Positions 38,884 through 52,452 of a stretch of 64,000 bases of DNA are shown in pieces; position 1 is the first letter of the stretch, and every line of letters starts with the position of its first letter. The DNA comes from Heteronotia binoei (taxonomy: Eukaryota), in NCBI RefSeq assembly GCF_032191835.1, contig NC_083227.1, forward strand, positions 113,150,001 through 113,214,000. Direction: 5' to 3'. Below the pieces are notes generated by a model that was not told where the DNA came from, searched no databases, and saw only the letters and a program-made list of their open reading frames with translations. Position numbers and translations under genes: made by a program.

Positions 38884-41519
38884 TCAGATCTTTGAGGACT
38901 CAACTCTCTCGATCCAAGGTGACTCTGAGTTGATACCTCTGGATTCAGCTTGAAGCTGCCGGAATTCACTGAGCTGTCTCTCCAGGGTCTGGTTCCGGTG
39001 ATACATCTCCATGTAGCTGGCCTGAATCTCCCGCTGATAGCGCAGAACTTTCTCCTTTTCCTGTTGCCAGGTTTTTCGCTCCTGCTCAAAGTTTGCAGCC
39101 TGCAGCTGAGCCTGGCGCCTCTCCCGCAGCAGCTCTGCCCATAGCCACTCTGGGCCTTCTGCACTCTCTCCTTGCATTCCCCTGCATTTGGAGTCATCTG
39201 TTTCACACCCCAAAAAGTCCTGGCATGCTTGCATTGGGGAGTCCCTTGGTGGAAGGGGGGAACCATGTTCTGGCAAGGCTTGGAAAGAGTCCCCCAAATG
39301 CACCAGTTGTGAGTCCTTGACTTGCAGCTCTGTTCGGGCCTCCCGCAGCTGGGACTTCAAGCTGAAGATCTCACCTAGTTTCTGGGTCATCTCCTCCTGG
39401 GTATCTCGGATTTGCTGTTTGAGCAATGAAATTTCTGCAGTCTTCTGACAAACCTGCCAAAAGATTACATACAGGTGAGAATAGAGGACTAGACTAAAGA
39501 GGAAGAACTGATAAGCCACTGAAGGATCAAAAGTTGGGAAGCTGAAATATTTCTCAACACCAGAGTTGTGGCCACACTGAAGTCAATGAAACAACAATTA
39601 TAATTCTGAGAAAAGAAAATAAATGGGGGAAAGGCTCAGAGGGGATTATACTGAAGGAAACTTTGCTATGGCTGTATTTGAAATCTGGCTCCTTAGCTGG
39701 GTAAGTCATGTGCAGCAGCCCCAGTCACTTTCCCAGTTACCCAATTAAGCTAATTAGCTAAAGCTAATCTTCACAAAGACACTAGGGAGTTCATTATCAC
39801 TGGCATCCTGCCTGCACTCTTAGATGGGGGCAGTTTGAACATTAGCAGTCCTGTGCATAACCTCAAAAACTTTGTTGATAGGCAGAATACAATGGTCTTA
39901 AAGAAATATATTTTATGTTTAGGAGAAATCCACAACATGCAAAGGAGTTATTTAATAGAAAATTCTCTTATCTTTTCCCATTAATCTTTGTCCTGGGAAT
40001 CTACAAAAGCATAGGTACATCTGTTTTAATCTAAGCATACAAATTATTTGTAACATTCCAACATGGATCTACTAAAAAATTTAAAAAGCTTCCCAAATTT
40101 TAATAACCTTGAACATTCCTGGAAGGCAGAAGAGGTCCACTTCCCTAATAAAAATCAAACCAATAAGGTAGAATGTCTGTGAAAATATTTTTTGTGTTCC
40201 TATGAAACATTTAAAGGAACTGAGAATATTCTATTAAAAATTCTGCATCTCATTGGCTTTGTTTGTTTGTGTTTGGTTCCCCACCCCAACCCTCCTTTTT
40301 GCTTGTAGAAGACACCAACAGCCGGAATCACAATGGAGTGATGCTAAGGGTGGGGTGCTGCTCCTTTTGCAAATCCTCTTCATCCTTACCTCCCACTTGG
40401 TCTCCTCCAACTTCGGACTGAGGCGCTCTGCCTGCTGCTGCCGTTGCCTCAGCTCTTCACATTGATTCTGTTGAAGCTCCAGCTCTTCTTGCAGCCGCTT
40501 CTTTTCCTGCTGCGCCTTATAGAGCTGCAGCTGAAGCGCCCGCTGGCTGCGCTGGGCCTGTTGTGTCACTTGCTGCAACTTGGCCACATACATCTGCTTC
40601 AGTTCATCCAGCTCCTCCATCCATAATCGTTGTTTGTCTTCAAACATCTATACAAACAAAAAAAGAAAATTATGGGAAGAGATATGAAGGTCAGGCTCAA
40701 GTGGAGAATCAAGAGTGTTACTCAGTGAGAGAGCCCTCCTGCCTAGGCTTGCCAGTCCCCAGGTCTGGGTGGGGGATCCCCCACGTTTTCAGGCTCCTCC
40801 CTGCTGCTGGCCAGTGGGGGAGGGGGAGAAGCCCCACCCTAACAGCCATCATGTGCCTTCAAACCTTGGCAGGTTTAGAAGAGGCTTGCAACTGTTTGTG
40901 TTTCTGAATGAGTATGTGTCGTTAAATTTTGCCAAGAGGAAAGCTCCAAGGGGGTGGGTCAGACAGAAACACGTTGCTCTCAGTCCCTCTGTTTGGTGGA
41001 AAACTCCACCACCTGGGCTATTCTTTCATTTTCTTGAAGAAGCTGGTTGAAATACAGCAGATAGTTATATTCAGCAATATGAATAAATTGCCAGTGAGAT
41101 CACAAACATATGTGCTTGCTGACTGCATTTATTTTGGCTGTTTTGTGAAAGTGTGTGTGTTCACTTTCATATAGTGGAAGTTTAGCTTCTGGTGGATGAG
41201 AAAATTAAGATTGTATTCAGGGAACTACACTGCTGTATTTTTATTTTGGGGAATGGGAAAGTCTCCTGGTTCCACCCCCAAAGTACCCATATATTTTCTA
41301 AGCTGGACCTGGCAACCCTACTCCTACCCCATAAAGCACAAGCCTTTCATGGAAGGCTCATCCACTTCTCTCAGGAAAGGGCTACTGGATATCCAGTTTT
41401 GTGTGCTGAAGATCCTAGGCTTAATCCATGACATGCTTAAACAGCAGTATTTTAGACCGGACTAGGATAGAAGTACTATAGCCTGTTCAGAACAAGGGAG
41501 CTACTTATAATTAGCCTAG

Positions 41520-41599
<80 letters not shown>

Positions 41600-44500
41600 A
41601 TGACGGATATGCCTGTGGAAAAGGTGCAGCTTTCTAATATTCATGTGGAGTTACTGCCCAGCTGTTCAAAGGTGGAGGAATAAAACAAAGGCTGAGATGA
41701 CTGCAGGGGGAAGAATAATCAGAAGTCAAATTAAACCCAGGAACATAGTTCAAATCTGCAAAAATTTCACAGTCTGCCAATTGTCCTTTGACAGAAAGCA
41801 CACATTGGTGGCAGCAGTAGCTTGGTATATAGTCCCAGACTATAACCTGTACAGTTCTTTCCTTCACCTGATTGTACTCCTCACATTAGCAAAAAAAGGG
41901 CTTTTAAAACAAAACAGAAAGAGCTATGAAGCATCATTAACCAGTGTTGTGTTAGCAATTTGGAATAGGACCTGGCAGACCCAAGATCAAACCTCCAGTC
42001 ATGAAACTCATTTGGTAACCTTGAGCTGGTCACCTCTCTTAATCTCACCTACCTCACATGGGAGGAACAAGCATATATGCTGCCCTGAGTTCCTTGGAAG
42101 GAGAGGAAGATAAACACTGACAGACAAATGGGTAAATTGAAAGAATTTAGGGAATATGAATTACCACCAGGAATACAGGCTGGAATACTTTCAAAAATGC
42201 CTTTACTTGTGGCCACACATGACTTACATAGGTGTTGTGTGGGTAGACCAAATAGTAAGCATCTGTGAGCTAGTACCAAGTAGTAAACCTTTTAGGAAGG
42301 TTATTTTACAACATTACCTTCCTTTGTAAAGATTTGCCTGCAATAGTACAGCATACATTAGCACAAAGTGCAATTTGGCCTTAAAAAACCCCATCAATAA
42401 CACACACACCGCTCTTCCCTCTCACACTCAGGTGACCATAAGCTACTCAAGGGAGTCACAGACATCTTCGCTTATGGAAATGCATTCCAGGGGCTCCACT
42501 GTGGATTATATACCACAAGACACTGAAGGGGGTTTAAGGCTTAGGCCAGCAGCAGGAGTCGTTCAGTACAAGAGTAGGACAAAAAGCAGACTAAGCTTAC
42601 AAATATTTTTACTGAAAATGTTTCCTGGAGTAGAAGGCAGACACGGAGGAGGAGCCTGCCAACATTTTTACTAGCCCACCTGCCCGCACATGTCCATGAT
42701 AGTAATTTGTAGTATACTGAAAGCCTGAAAAGGAGGGGGGGGACACACCAACTCTTTCAAATCCACAAAGCTTCCCTGCTTGGTTGCCTTGGGGCAGTTC
42801 TTATTCATCACAGACAGACAGGCAAATGGCTATTTATAAGTCTGGAGAAGCACAACACGGATGAAAGTGATGAAAATTAGGGATGGAGAGCTTTAGAAAT
42901 GGAGGATAAAGCAGGAGCAGAAATGAGGAATGGGGAACTCGGTGATTGCTGTGTGGGAATTTCACTCACCTGTGCAAAGGGGTCATCGTTCACATTTAAG
43001 TTCCTCGTAAGCTGACGGAGTTCCATGCCCTTCTCACTCAGTCTGTCCTCAAGCTGCTTTACCACATCTTCCAGAGAGTATGTGGGCTCATAAGGAGGAG
43101 GTGGTTCGCCAGAACTCTGCAGCCGACTCAAGCTCTTGCAGGACGATGGTGCTTTCTCTACAGCCAAAGGATCTCGTGACCCTCGTGAGGCCCTGTCTAA
43201 GGAACCACCAATGTGATTGATGTGGCCTACAGAAGCACTAAACTGGCTTGGGATTGGTTTGAAGCGGGGGTTGTATGTAGGAAAGCTTTGGATGGAATTG
43301 GTGCCCTCGTCCAGACTGATGGTGTGTAGCAAATGACTGCGCAGCGGGCCACGCTGCGAGGAGTTCCCAGTGCTGCTCTGTGTCAACAGTGTATGCAGAC
43401 TCCCATTGCTCTTTGACAGCTTCTGACCTTTAGATGACGACAATCCTTGCATGGACAACAAGCTCTTCCCAGACATGACCTTGAAGGCTGAGGGCCTGAT
43501 CCGACACTGGAAAGCACAAAAGCCATTAGCAAATGTCTCAACTTAGCATTACTTAGTAGAGCAAGAGAGGGAGGAATCAATGTTCTAGAGTTGGAAGGGG
43601 CCTTATGGGCCATCTACTCCAGCTTCTTGCTCAATGCAGAAATTTTAAGCTAGAGCAGGGGTGGCCAAACTGTGGTTTGAGAGCCACACGTATTGTATGG
43701 CTCTTAAAGCCCCCACTGCCCTGTCAGCCTGGAGAAGGCATTTGTCTCTTTAAATCACTTATCCAAACCAAGCCAGACAGTGGCTTGGAGAATGCATTTA
43801 AATTTAAAGTTGCTTTCTTTTCACCTCTCTCTTTCCCATCTATTTGCTTTCCTGCCTTCCTGCCTGTCTTGTGGCTCTCAAACATCTGATGTTCATGTCT
43901 TGCGGCTCTCAAACATCTGAAGTTTGTTCTATGTGGCTCTGATGTTAAGCATGTTCGGCCTCCCCTGAGCTACAGCATTCCTCACAGATGGTTATCTATC
44001 ATTTGCTTAAAAGGCTTCCATTGTGGTAGAGCCTCCTTATTACCTAATTCCATTATCAAATCATCCCTTCCATTAGGAATTTTAATGTTCAACTGAAATC
44101 TAACCTTCTGTAACTTAAACCCATTAGATCTAATCTTATCCTCTGGAGCAGCAAAGAATGCATCTTTGTGCTCTTCCATGTAATTCTCCTTCAGATCAAC
44201 ATGTTCCTGCCACAGGTTGTAAAACTGGCCTACTCATCCCATGTCTGTTCCCCCCAACTTATATCAACCTCTTTCAGCTGCTGAAATTAGCACAAAACTT
44301 GCTAAAGCTGAGATGGCCACATTCTTTGAAATGGGAGGCTGGAAACTGGGCTGCGGGCCCAATCCCACCCTCTGAAGTAGTTTACCAGAAATAATCCCAT
44401 CTCTAGAGTGAAGAAGTTGGAGAACTGCCTCAACATAAAAAAAGAAGACATCCCAGAGGCAATAGTATTTCTCATGTTGAAAGAGACAGAAGCTGTGCAT

Positions 44501-45765
44501 TGTGCACTTGTGACAACTTTAATGCCACTACATCTTGCTGCCTAGCCAAGAGCATCATGATGGACGCTGTTTTTAGCCAGGTGACGACCAACTCAGCCCT
44601 GTAGGCACTGAACACAGAGTGTTACATACAGATACAGATATGCCACAGAGTCCTCAGTATCCTGCAAAGGTCTGGGTAGTCTCTATTTCAGTGCCAGAGA
44701 GGCAGCTGGTCAGCACACAAGTAGCCCACACCGCTCAAGCGAACTGCATTAAGTTTGATGTGTACTACTCCTCAGGACTTACTCACGAAGCAATGTGATA
44801 CACATACTAAACACAGCATAGTGGAGTCACACATTGCTTCTGAGTCTGCCAGTCAGTCTTCAGTACTGGAATAGAAAAACACCCCTAGGGTCCACTGCAG
44901 TGACAGGCTCTCCCATCAGCACTGGGAATGCCAAGCAGCAACTCGCTTCAAAGTGACCGTTTGTACAGAGCTATTGATTCAAGTGATGCTTGCTGGAGCA
45001 GAAGCATGTGAAGGTCTACCTTTGGGCTAGTACAAGTACCAGGGACTATGGCTGTAGACCACATATGCTGGAGGGATTGTCTGTCAGACCAGCCTGCCGT
45101 AGCTAGTTTATCTGTTCTTTTCCCACTGCTCTAATGCAATTCTAGGACATAGGGCTGCTCCAGCACACCATCAAACATTGCTGGACTTCCTGTGTAGCTA
45201 GAGACTTTATGCTTTAATAAGCCCAGAAATGCTATACAGCTACTACATATAGTCAGAATAGATCAATGGGAAAATAGCAAAAATACACCTTGTCCATATT
45301 TCATCACTCTATTAAACAATGCTCCCTCCATTCCTATTTCCAAACCACCATCTCCCTCACCTTATCAAAGCGTCCACGTTCAGGCAGAGAGCTTTTGGAA
45401 AAATCTGCCCCACGTTGATTGTCCCGGAAATACCGCTCAGGAGACTGATTTTCCCGGTCACTCTCATAATCCCGTTTAAAGCCTCCACCAGATGACTGGT
45501 GCTTCTTCTCAGCCCGAGTGTCTCTCTTTCCTCCATGCAAATAGCCAAAGACTTCACGCTGTGACACTCCTTTCCGGAGCAACCCATCTGGCTGGCGCAT
45601 CCCTCGCAGACTTCCCAGTGTAGCTGCCGAGAAATCTTGCTTCTCCACCAGGCTGCCCACACTGCCCATGTTGTAGTCGTTGTCAGGCTCAGAGTCCAGA
45701 GAATAAGGTTCAGAGAGACAACTGCTGGGGTCACAGGTCACATGAAAGGCCTGTGCTGTTGCCAT
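38884..45765 (-). CDS. N4BP3: NEDD4-binding protein 3 (LZTS/FEZ1-like coiled-coil family), complete, 4 coding exons, 589 aa
   Basis: Exons (minus): 45765-45361, 43506-42970, 40647-40390, 39453-38884, all phase 0, GT-AG. Contains [12 protein letters not shown], a PY motif (EPPPPYE), a Fez1-type coiled coil ([21 protein letters not shown]) and C-terminal [11 protein letters not shown]. Neighbour of RMND5B as in human. Confidence 0.94.
40744..41320. mobile_element. hAT non-autonomous element in N4BP3 intron, TSD ctcctgcc/ctcctacc
   Basis: TIR taggcttgcca...tggcaacccta; 8-bp TSD with one mismatch; internal similarity to 50363-51834. Confidence 0.8.
41520..41600. repeat. Compound microsatellite (TA)n(TG)n
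   Basis: Directly visible. Confidence 0.95.
43585..44190 (-). mobile_element. Old CR1 3' fragment, interrupted by a hAT MITE
   Basis: [26 protein letters not shown] on minus; CR1 tail at ~43585. Confidence 0.7.
43656..43967. mobile_element. hAT MITE, TSD agctagag/agctacag
   Basis: TIR caggggtggccaaac...gttcggcctcccctg. Confidence 0.82.
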
Positions 45766-46469
45766 GGAGATTTACAGACAAGCGGAATTCCAGCGCTGTC
45801 AAAAGAAGTCAAATACACACTCACAAAAAAAGTTATTATTTCCTTCCACCAGTCCTTGAGAAGATCTGGCTAAAAACCTCCCCCAATCAATTCCTGGCAG
45901 TGAAACTGTGTCACCAGTCAATGCTACCCACCATCCTAGGAAAGCAAGCAGTCCTCCTTAACCTCAAGTCCTGACAGCTGAAATCACCAGCATAAGGGCA
46001 CTGTTATTGCAATGCATGAAAGCTAACTGGGCCTTGCTTCTGAATCTCCCTCATGGTTTAAGCCACCCAGCCAAAACTGAATCCAAGTGCAGAAGATGTC
46101 AGTAAAAGCAACTCCTAGCAGGAAGCTGCAATACACCCAAGCCCTGCTCCCAACAAAAGCCAAAATAAGTTGCTCACTTCCCATGACCAGCTGATTCCCA
46201 TATCCATCTCCTCTCCCTTCTTCAGGCAACTAGGCATAAAACCAAAATAAATGCATAATAGGAGGCCAAAAAGGAGCTTCCAGGCTTGCATTACTTATAC
46301 AACCACTGGGTCCTCTCTATTCAAGTCCCATATAAAGGTCATTTCCCTGTCTTTAATCCCAAAACAGTTATTGGGCTGCTCTAGATAGGGAGACAAATTT
46401 TCTGTTCCTTGACATGGGCTCCAATTGTTGATGATGATAATCAGAACACTAGATTTTTTGCAGTAAGAT

Positions 46470-47795
46470 TCACATCTGGGTCGAGGCGGCTCGGCGGTAC
46501 TGATGCTGTTAGACCTGTCGGCTGCGTTCGATATAGTCGACCATCAGTTGCTAGCCCACCACCTCGCCGACACGGATTCAGGGGCTAGCCTTACAGTGGC
46601 TTTCCTCTTTCCTATACGGTCACATCAGAGACACCAGCTTAATTGCTATGTGCCTCAGGGGGCAATTTTATCCCCAATGTTGTTTAACATCTACATGTGA
46701 CCCCTTGCACAGATTGTCCGGAGGTAACAGCTGGGTTGCCATCACTACGCTGATGACACCCAGCTCTATCTACTGATGGACGGCCGATCTGACAATGTCC
46801 CAGAAAGCCTAGATCAGGTGTTGAAAGTCGTGGCTGGTTGGCTTAAGGTGAGCCGACTGAAGCTGAACCCGACGAAGACAGAGGTCCTTTGCCTGAGTTG
46901 CGATGGCCTGGGCAGGGAAATCCCCCTACCAACTTTTGACAGGGTGCCACTGACAATGGCGTCCAAGGTCAGATGCTCGGGGGTGCTATTGGAGGCCTTC
47001 CCTGATGATGGAGGCCCAGATAGCAGCAACTGCGAAATCCACCTTTTTTCACCTTAGGTGGGCGAAACAGTTGGTTCCTTTCCTTGACCGTAGCGACCTG
47101 GCAACTGTGATTCATGCAACAGTCACCTTGAGATTGGACTATTGTAATGCCCTCAACTTGGGGCTGCCTTTGTCGTGAACCCGGAAACTTCAGCTAGTGC
47201 AGAAACTTCAGCTAGTAGCAGCTGCTAGGCTGCTACTGGGGTGGCTCAAGTGGGAGCACATACAGCCAGCACTGTAGGAACTGCACTGGCTACCAATAGT
47301 GTATTGGATTCATTACAAAGTGCTGGTTATTACCTTTAAAGCCCTATATGGCCGAGGACCCATTTACTGTCCCCACATGTTCCCCAGAGAGTGCTGAGAT
47401 CTGGATCTCAACATCTCCTAGTGATCCCCAGGCTGAAGGAGGCGAGACTGTTGACCACCAGGGATTGGGCCTTTTCAGTGGCAGCCCCCTCCTGGTGGAA
47501 TCAATTGCCAAAAGAGGTTTGGGCCTTGCAGGACCGCACTCAGTTCCGCAAGGCCTATAAGACCATTCTCTTCCGGCAAGCCTTCAGTCGACCATAGGAG
47601 AATTCTGGAACAACTGTCGTCCTGAGAATGAGTAACATACAATTTGTAGCACCAACTGTATATTGCTTTTAATTTATATTGTTTAATGGTTTTATTGATT
47701 TTATGATTGCAATCATAGTATACTATGATCTGATGTAAGCCGCCCTGAGCCCGCCTTGCCAGGGAGGGCGGGGTATAAATCAAATTAAACATAAA
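46470..47795 (+). mobile_element. L2 LINE, 5'-truncated with internal deletions, in N4BP3 intron 1
   Basis: [53 protein letters not shown]; tail gccctgagcccgccttgccagggagggcggggtataaat. Confidence 0.9.
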
Positions 47796-48505
47796 CAAAC
47801 AAATGTAGTACTCTGCCACTGTTGTCTTTTGTGGTTGAACTGGCAAGTCAGAATGAGGCAGAAGTGCTGGGCCAGACATTGATAGTCATACAATGATAAG
47901 TAATGAAGACACTCTCCAGGATTCAGCCTTGGTTTTCTACTATCTTGTGAGGATGACAATGGCATTGCAATCCCACCTTCTAAAGGACTTTATTTTAGCT
48001 ACAACCCAGTTAAGTATCAGATTGATGCTCAGCTAAACAGACTGAAGAGGAAAGCATCCAGATTATATCTTTTCCATTTCAGTTCCACTGCTCTGATTTC
48101 AAAGTCTCTTGCTGTTGTTTTTTTTTTTTAAATCCCACACAGAGAGATCCTAAATCTGGGGAATGAGATGTTTTTGCTATGACATAACTATTACAGAATA
48201 GTTCCAGAAATTATGAAGAACTCAGTTGCTACCCTGGCCTACATCACACAGCATGGACACAAGCTATCCCAGTCACTACACATAAATACAAGAAGATGCT
48301 GTGTAATCTTATGATTATAGAACACACTTTCTCTACATTCATTGAAACAACAACATCTACTGCGCCTTGAATGGAACAGGATAAACTTGTGACTTCCACA
48401 GCTCAGAATTATTGCCAGCCTACTATATGTTTTCTAGGATGAAGCCCGGACAAATACTAGATCAAAATGCCAGTAAAACTAACAGAGCAAGTAATGTGAA
48501 TTGTT

Positions 48506-48865
48506 ATCAAAGATTTCAGGTTTTCACGGCTGGTAACATCATTAGGGTTTGTAGAATCTTTCGGGCTCAAGTGCCGTGTTCTACTGGAGAAAGTTTTTCT
48601 TCCAGACGTTTTGTTCTCAGCTGCGGAGAACATCCTCAGTGGCGTTGCAGCGCAGCCGGAGCAGGCACTCTGACCTTGGCTGCTGTGCATTGAGTGAGGC
48701 AGCAGTCCCTCACTCAATGCACAGCAGCCAAGAAGGTCAGAGCGCCTGCTCCGGCTGCAACTCCACTGAGGATGTTCTCCGCAGCTGAGAACAAAACGTC
48801 TGGAAGAAAAACTTTCTCCAGTAGAACACGGCACTTGAGCCCGAAAGATTCTACAAACCCTAATG
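48506..48865. mobile_element. Penelope-like inverted (tail-to-tail) insertion with ~155-bp arms and a flanking direct repeat
   Basis: Arms ~48540-48698 and ~48709-48865 are reverse complements; taatgtgaattgtt at 48492-48505 and 48861-48874. Confidence 0.75.
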
Positions 48866-50362
48866 TGAATTGTTGTTTGGCTACAGCCTTCCCCCTTTGC
48901 CATGCCATGAGCCTGGTCCCCAACTTCAGTGAGCTTGAGTGCGCTTATGGAATTTTGAGAAAGGGTTCCATCCCAACATGGTTGCCATAGAGGGGCTTAA
49001 TACATTTTAACAAAGTTTCAAGTAAATGTTGAGTGCGCAAACTTAAGTTTTCATAGGGGGCCAAGAAGACTTTCAATTAGTTATGTATCTGCCCGATCTT
49101 ACGAGTATTTTCACTTCTTATAGTAGGAGTCCCTCCCTTGTTCTTTTCTGCTACTGCTGAAGCTGTTCAAGCAAGTACATGCCCCCCCTTAACAAAAGCC
49201 AAGAAAGCCAAGCTGTATTCCAGTGCCCGCTACCTTTTAAGCTGCAACTGCAGCCTAAATGTCATGGAAAGTGGCTAGGGAAGAAAAAGAGGGAAGCCAC
49301 ATGAAAGGTGACAAAGGAAGAGTTGAAATGAATGGCACAAAGAAGAACACAGAGACATATGGAATTTGAAAGGGAATGTGCAAGGATTGTGGAAAGGGCC
49401 AGGAAGCAGGACAATGTCCTGGGGACTGCTGCCATAAGGGATAACCGTCCACTACATCTCTCTAGGAAAAGGCTTAACTGTTTGGTGAGAGAAAGCAGCC
49501 TGAGTAAGAACTGAAATATGTTTCCTGGCACCAGTTCATTCTAATAAAGCAGAGTTTCCCTTCAGTAGGTAATGTTCCAGGCAGCTAAACTGGAAACAGA
49601 TGCTAACAACATGAGAAGGGGACACACGAGGAGGAAATAGGAATGGGTCATTGGGACACAAAAAGGATAGCACTGCACCATTTCCTGAGCAGGTGTGAAA
49701 GTTAGCAATACTCAGCACTGCTAGGAGGGTGCTGTAAGTTGCTATTTCCAGGTTAAAGACAGACATGGCCCTTTCCTCTCTCTTGCCAGAACTCTTTGGA
49801 GAACAAACCATTGTCAAAGTGTTGAGTTTAGGAGCCCAGGGCATAGGGTCTAACATTATATTGCTCTTCTTTCCCTCTTAGGAGATAAATTAGCCATGTT
49901 CTACAATGAACTTGCAGCATGAACAGGGTTAAGTGGCAAGATGGTCCCCACTACAGAGAGCAGCTAGTTCACACAAGAAGCACCTTGAGGGATATTTTTA
50001 TTCAAGATGCTAAGAAATTAATTTCCGTGTTACAAAATGGGAATTTCTATTGTTACCAAATGAGGGTTCATTTTCTGAATCGCACTAAGAAGCAAAAATA
50101 CTAACTCCTTGTATTGCAGAGCATTTTCAAAATCTCTGCTTTAAAGGAGCTTGTAAGATAATGGATTGGATCCTGCACAGAATTTCTGCAGGCATAAGGA
50201 CTTCTGCCCACAAAGTATGACTTTTGCAGTTGCCTCATCCCTCAGTGGCCTGAAATGTTCCTGAAATCCTGCTCAAGGGAAAAGAGACCCTAAAGATTTC
50301 AAGGGACACTTTGGGCTGCAACAGGATGGAGGAGTCACAAAAGTCATACCCTGTGGGTGGAA

Positions 50363-51097
50363 TAGGCTTCCCAGTCCACCAGTCCCAGCGGGTGAACCCC
50401 CCCGGTTTTCCAGACCCCACCCCGCCCACAGCCAGCTGGCTGGCAGGGGAAGCCCTGTGCCCACAGCCACCATGTGCAAACACCTTGTGTTTTAAAATGT
50501 GCATGTGTGTGCCTTTAGATATGAGCAGGAAGTGAAAGCTGCATCAGGAGGGGCCAGCAGCAGGGGGTGTGTGTGAGAAAGAGTGAAAGAGAGAGAGCAA
50601 TCCCTCTCCTTGCTTTGCTTTCTTTTCAGATGTCTTTGTATATGCACCAGAGCCAGTAAGAGTGTGTATGAGAGAGAGTGAGTGTGAGTTTGTGTGTGTG
50701 AGAGAGAGATAGAGACCACAGTCTCTGTGCTTGTTTTGGATTTGTTTCAGATATCTTTTTATAGGAACCTGCTTATGGTATGGAGGAAAACTCCACCTCT
50801 CTTTTCATTTGCCTGTGTTACTCTGAAGAAGTTGGTTGGAAATACAGTAGCTCCTGTGTATAAAGCAAAAGTGTGTGCTTGCAAACTCTGTTAATTTTGG
50901 CTAGTTTGTTAATACGTGTTTACTTTCATTTACTAGAATTGTAGCTGCTGGGGGCAACGAAATTAAGACTATTCAGGGGAATTGCACTGCTGTGTTTTTA
51001 TTTATTTTAGGGAATTAAGAACATAAGAACATAAGAGAAGCCATGTTAGATCAGGCCAATGGCCCATCCAGTCCAACATTCTGTGTCACACAGCGGC

Positions 51098-51160
<63 letters not shown>

Positions 51161-51834
51161 TGTGGCTAATAGCCACTGATGGACCTCTGCTCCATATTTT
51201 TATCTAACCCCTTCTTGAAGGTGGCTATGCTTGTGGATGCCATCACCTCCTGTGGCAGTGAATTCCACATGTTAATCACCCTTTGGGTGAAGAAGTACTT
51301 CCTTTTATCCGTTTTAACCTGTCTGCTCAGCAATTTCATCGAATGCCCACGAGTTCTTGTATTGTGAGAAAGGGAGAAAAGTACTTCTTTCTCTACTTTC
51401 TCCATCCCATGCATTATCTTGTAAACTTCTATCATGTCACCCCTCAGTCGACGTTTCTCCAAGCTAAAGAGCCCTAAGCGTTTCAACCTTTCTTCATAGG
51501 GAAGGTGTTCCAGCCCTTTAATCATTTTAGTTGCCCTTTTCTGAACTTTCTCCAATGCTATAATATCCTTTTTGAGGTGCGGCGACCAGAACTGCACACA
51601 GTACTCCAAATGAGACCGCACCATCGATTTATACAGAGGCATTATGATACTGGCTGATTTGTTTTCAATTCCCTTCCTAATAATTCCCAGCATGGCGTTG
51701 GCCTTTTTTATTGCAAACGCACACTGTCTTGACATTTTCAGTGAATTATCTACCATGACCCCAAAAATTAGAAAGTCTCCTGGCTCCACCCCCAAAGTCC
51801 TCAGGTATTTTCTGAGTTAGACTTGGCAACCCTA
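50363..51834. mobile_element. hAT non-autonomous element (TSD gggtggaa/gtgtggaa) carrying a CR1 insertion
   Basis: TIR taggcttccca...tggcaacccta; right part matches the uninterrupted copy at 41216-41320. Confidence 0.78.
51016..51765 (-). mobile_element. Young CR1 copy (same subfamily as 34021-34804) with an expanded (TA)n(CA)n in its 3'UTR
   Basis: ORF 51166-51795 is nearly identical to ORF 34051-34692; (aagaacat)n tail at ~51016-51035. Confidence 0.92.
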
Positions 51835-52312
51835 GTGTGGAAGTTCTTATGCCTGCAGAAACACTGCACAAGATACAAAGCAATTACTCTAAGGTTTGTA
51901 TGGAGCAATTAATTATTAGCTAACTAACTAGCCCAAAGTTTTTGGTCAGGACAATTCCATAAGAAGCCAGATTATTATAAAGAGCTTTGCCAAAGTGCAC
52001 ACACACACATTTAAAAAGTCAGTGGTCATGCTGGGAACATTCCATCCAACAGAAGCCAATAATCCTGTTCTAGTCATGTCAAGTAGCCAGGCTCAAGGCA
52101 GTCCCAAAGGGGAAGGTTGCCATGGCAGCAGTCCTCCACACAGCTTAATGTTCCCACACACAGTGATAACATAGTCTATACTAAGTATGCCCATGGTAGA
52201 GAGCCAGCCCAGTTTTAGAAGATGTTGTTACAAAAGAGTAAGAGCTGTTCACTTTTGCTCCACATATCTGGATCTTCAATCCATGGTAGGGATGGTAGCA
52301 AAAGATTATAAG

Positions 52313-52452
52313 GGCTGCGATCACACACATTAAATAATGCACTTTCAATCCACTTTCAGTGCCATTTCCAAATGGACTTTACTGCAGGAACTAGCAAAAT
52401 CCATTTGGAAAATGTATTGAAAGTGTATTATTTAGTGTGTGTGATCGCAGCC
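52313..52452. mobile_element. Palindromic MITE, ~140 bp
   Basis: ggctgcgatcacacacattaaataatgcactttcaat pairs with attgaaagtgtattatttagtgtgtgtgatcgcagcc. Confidence 0.75.
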
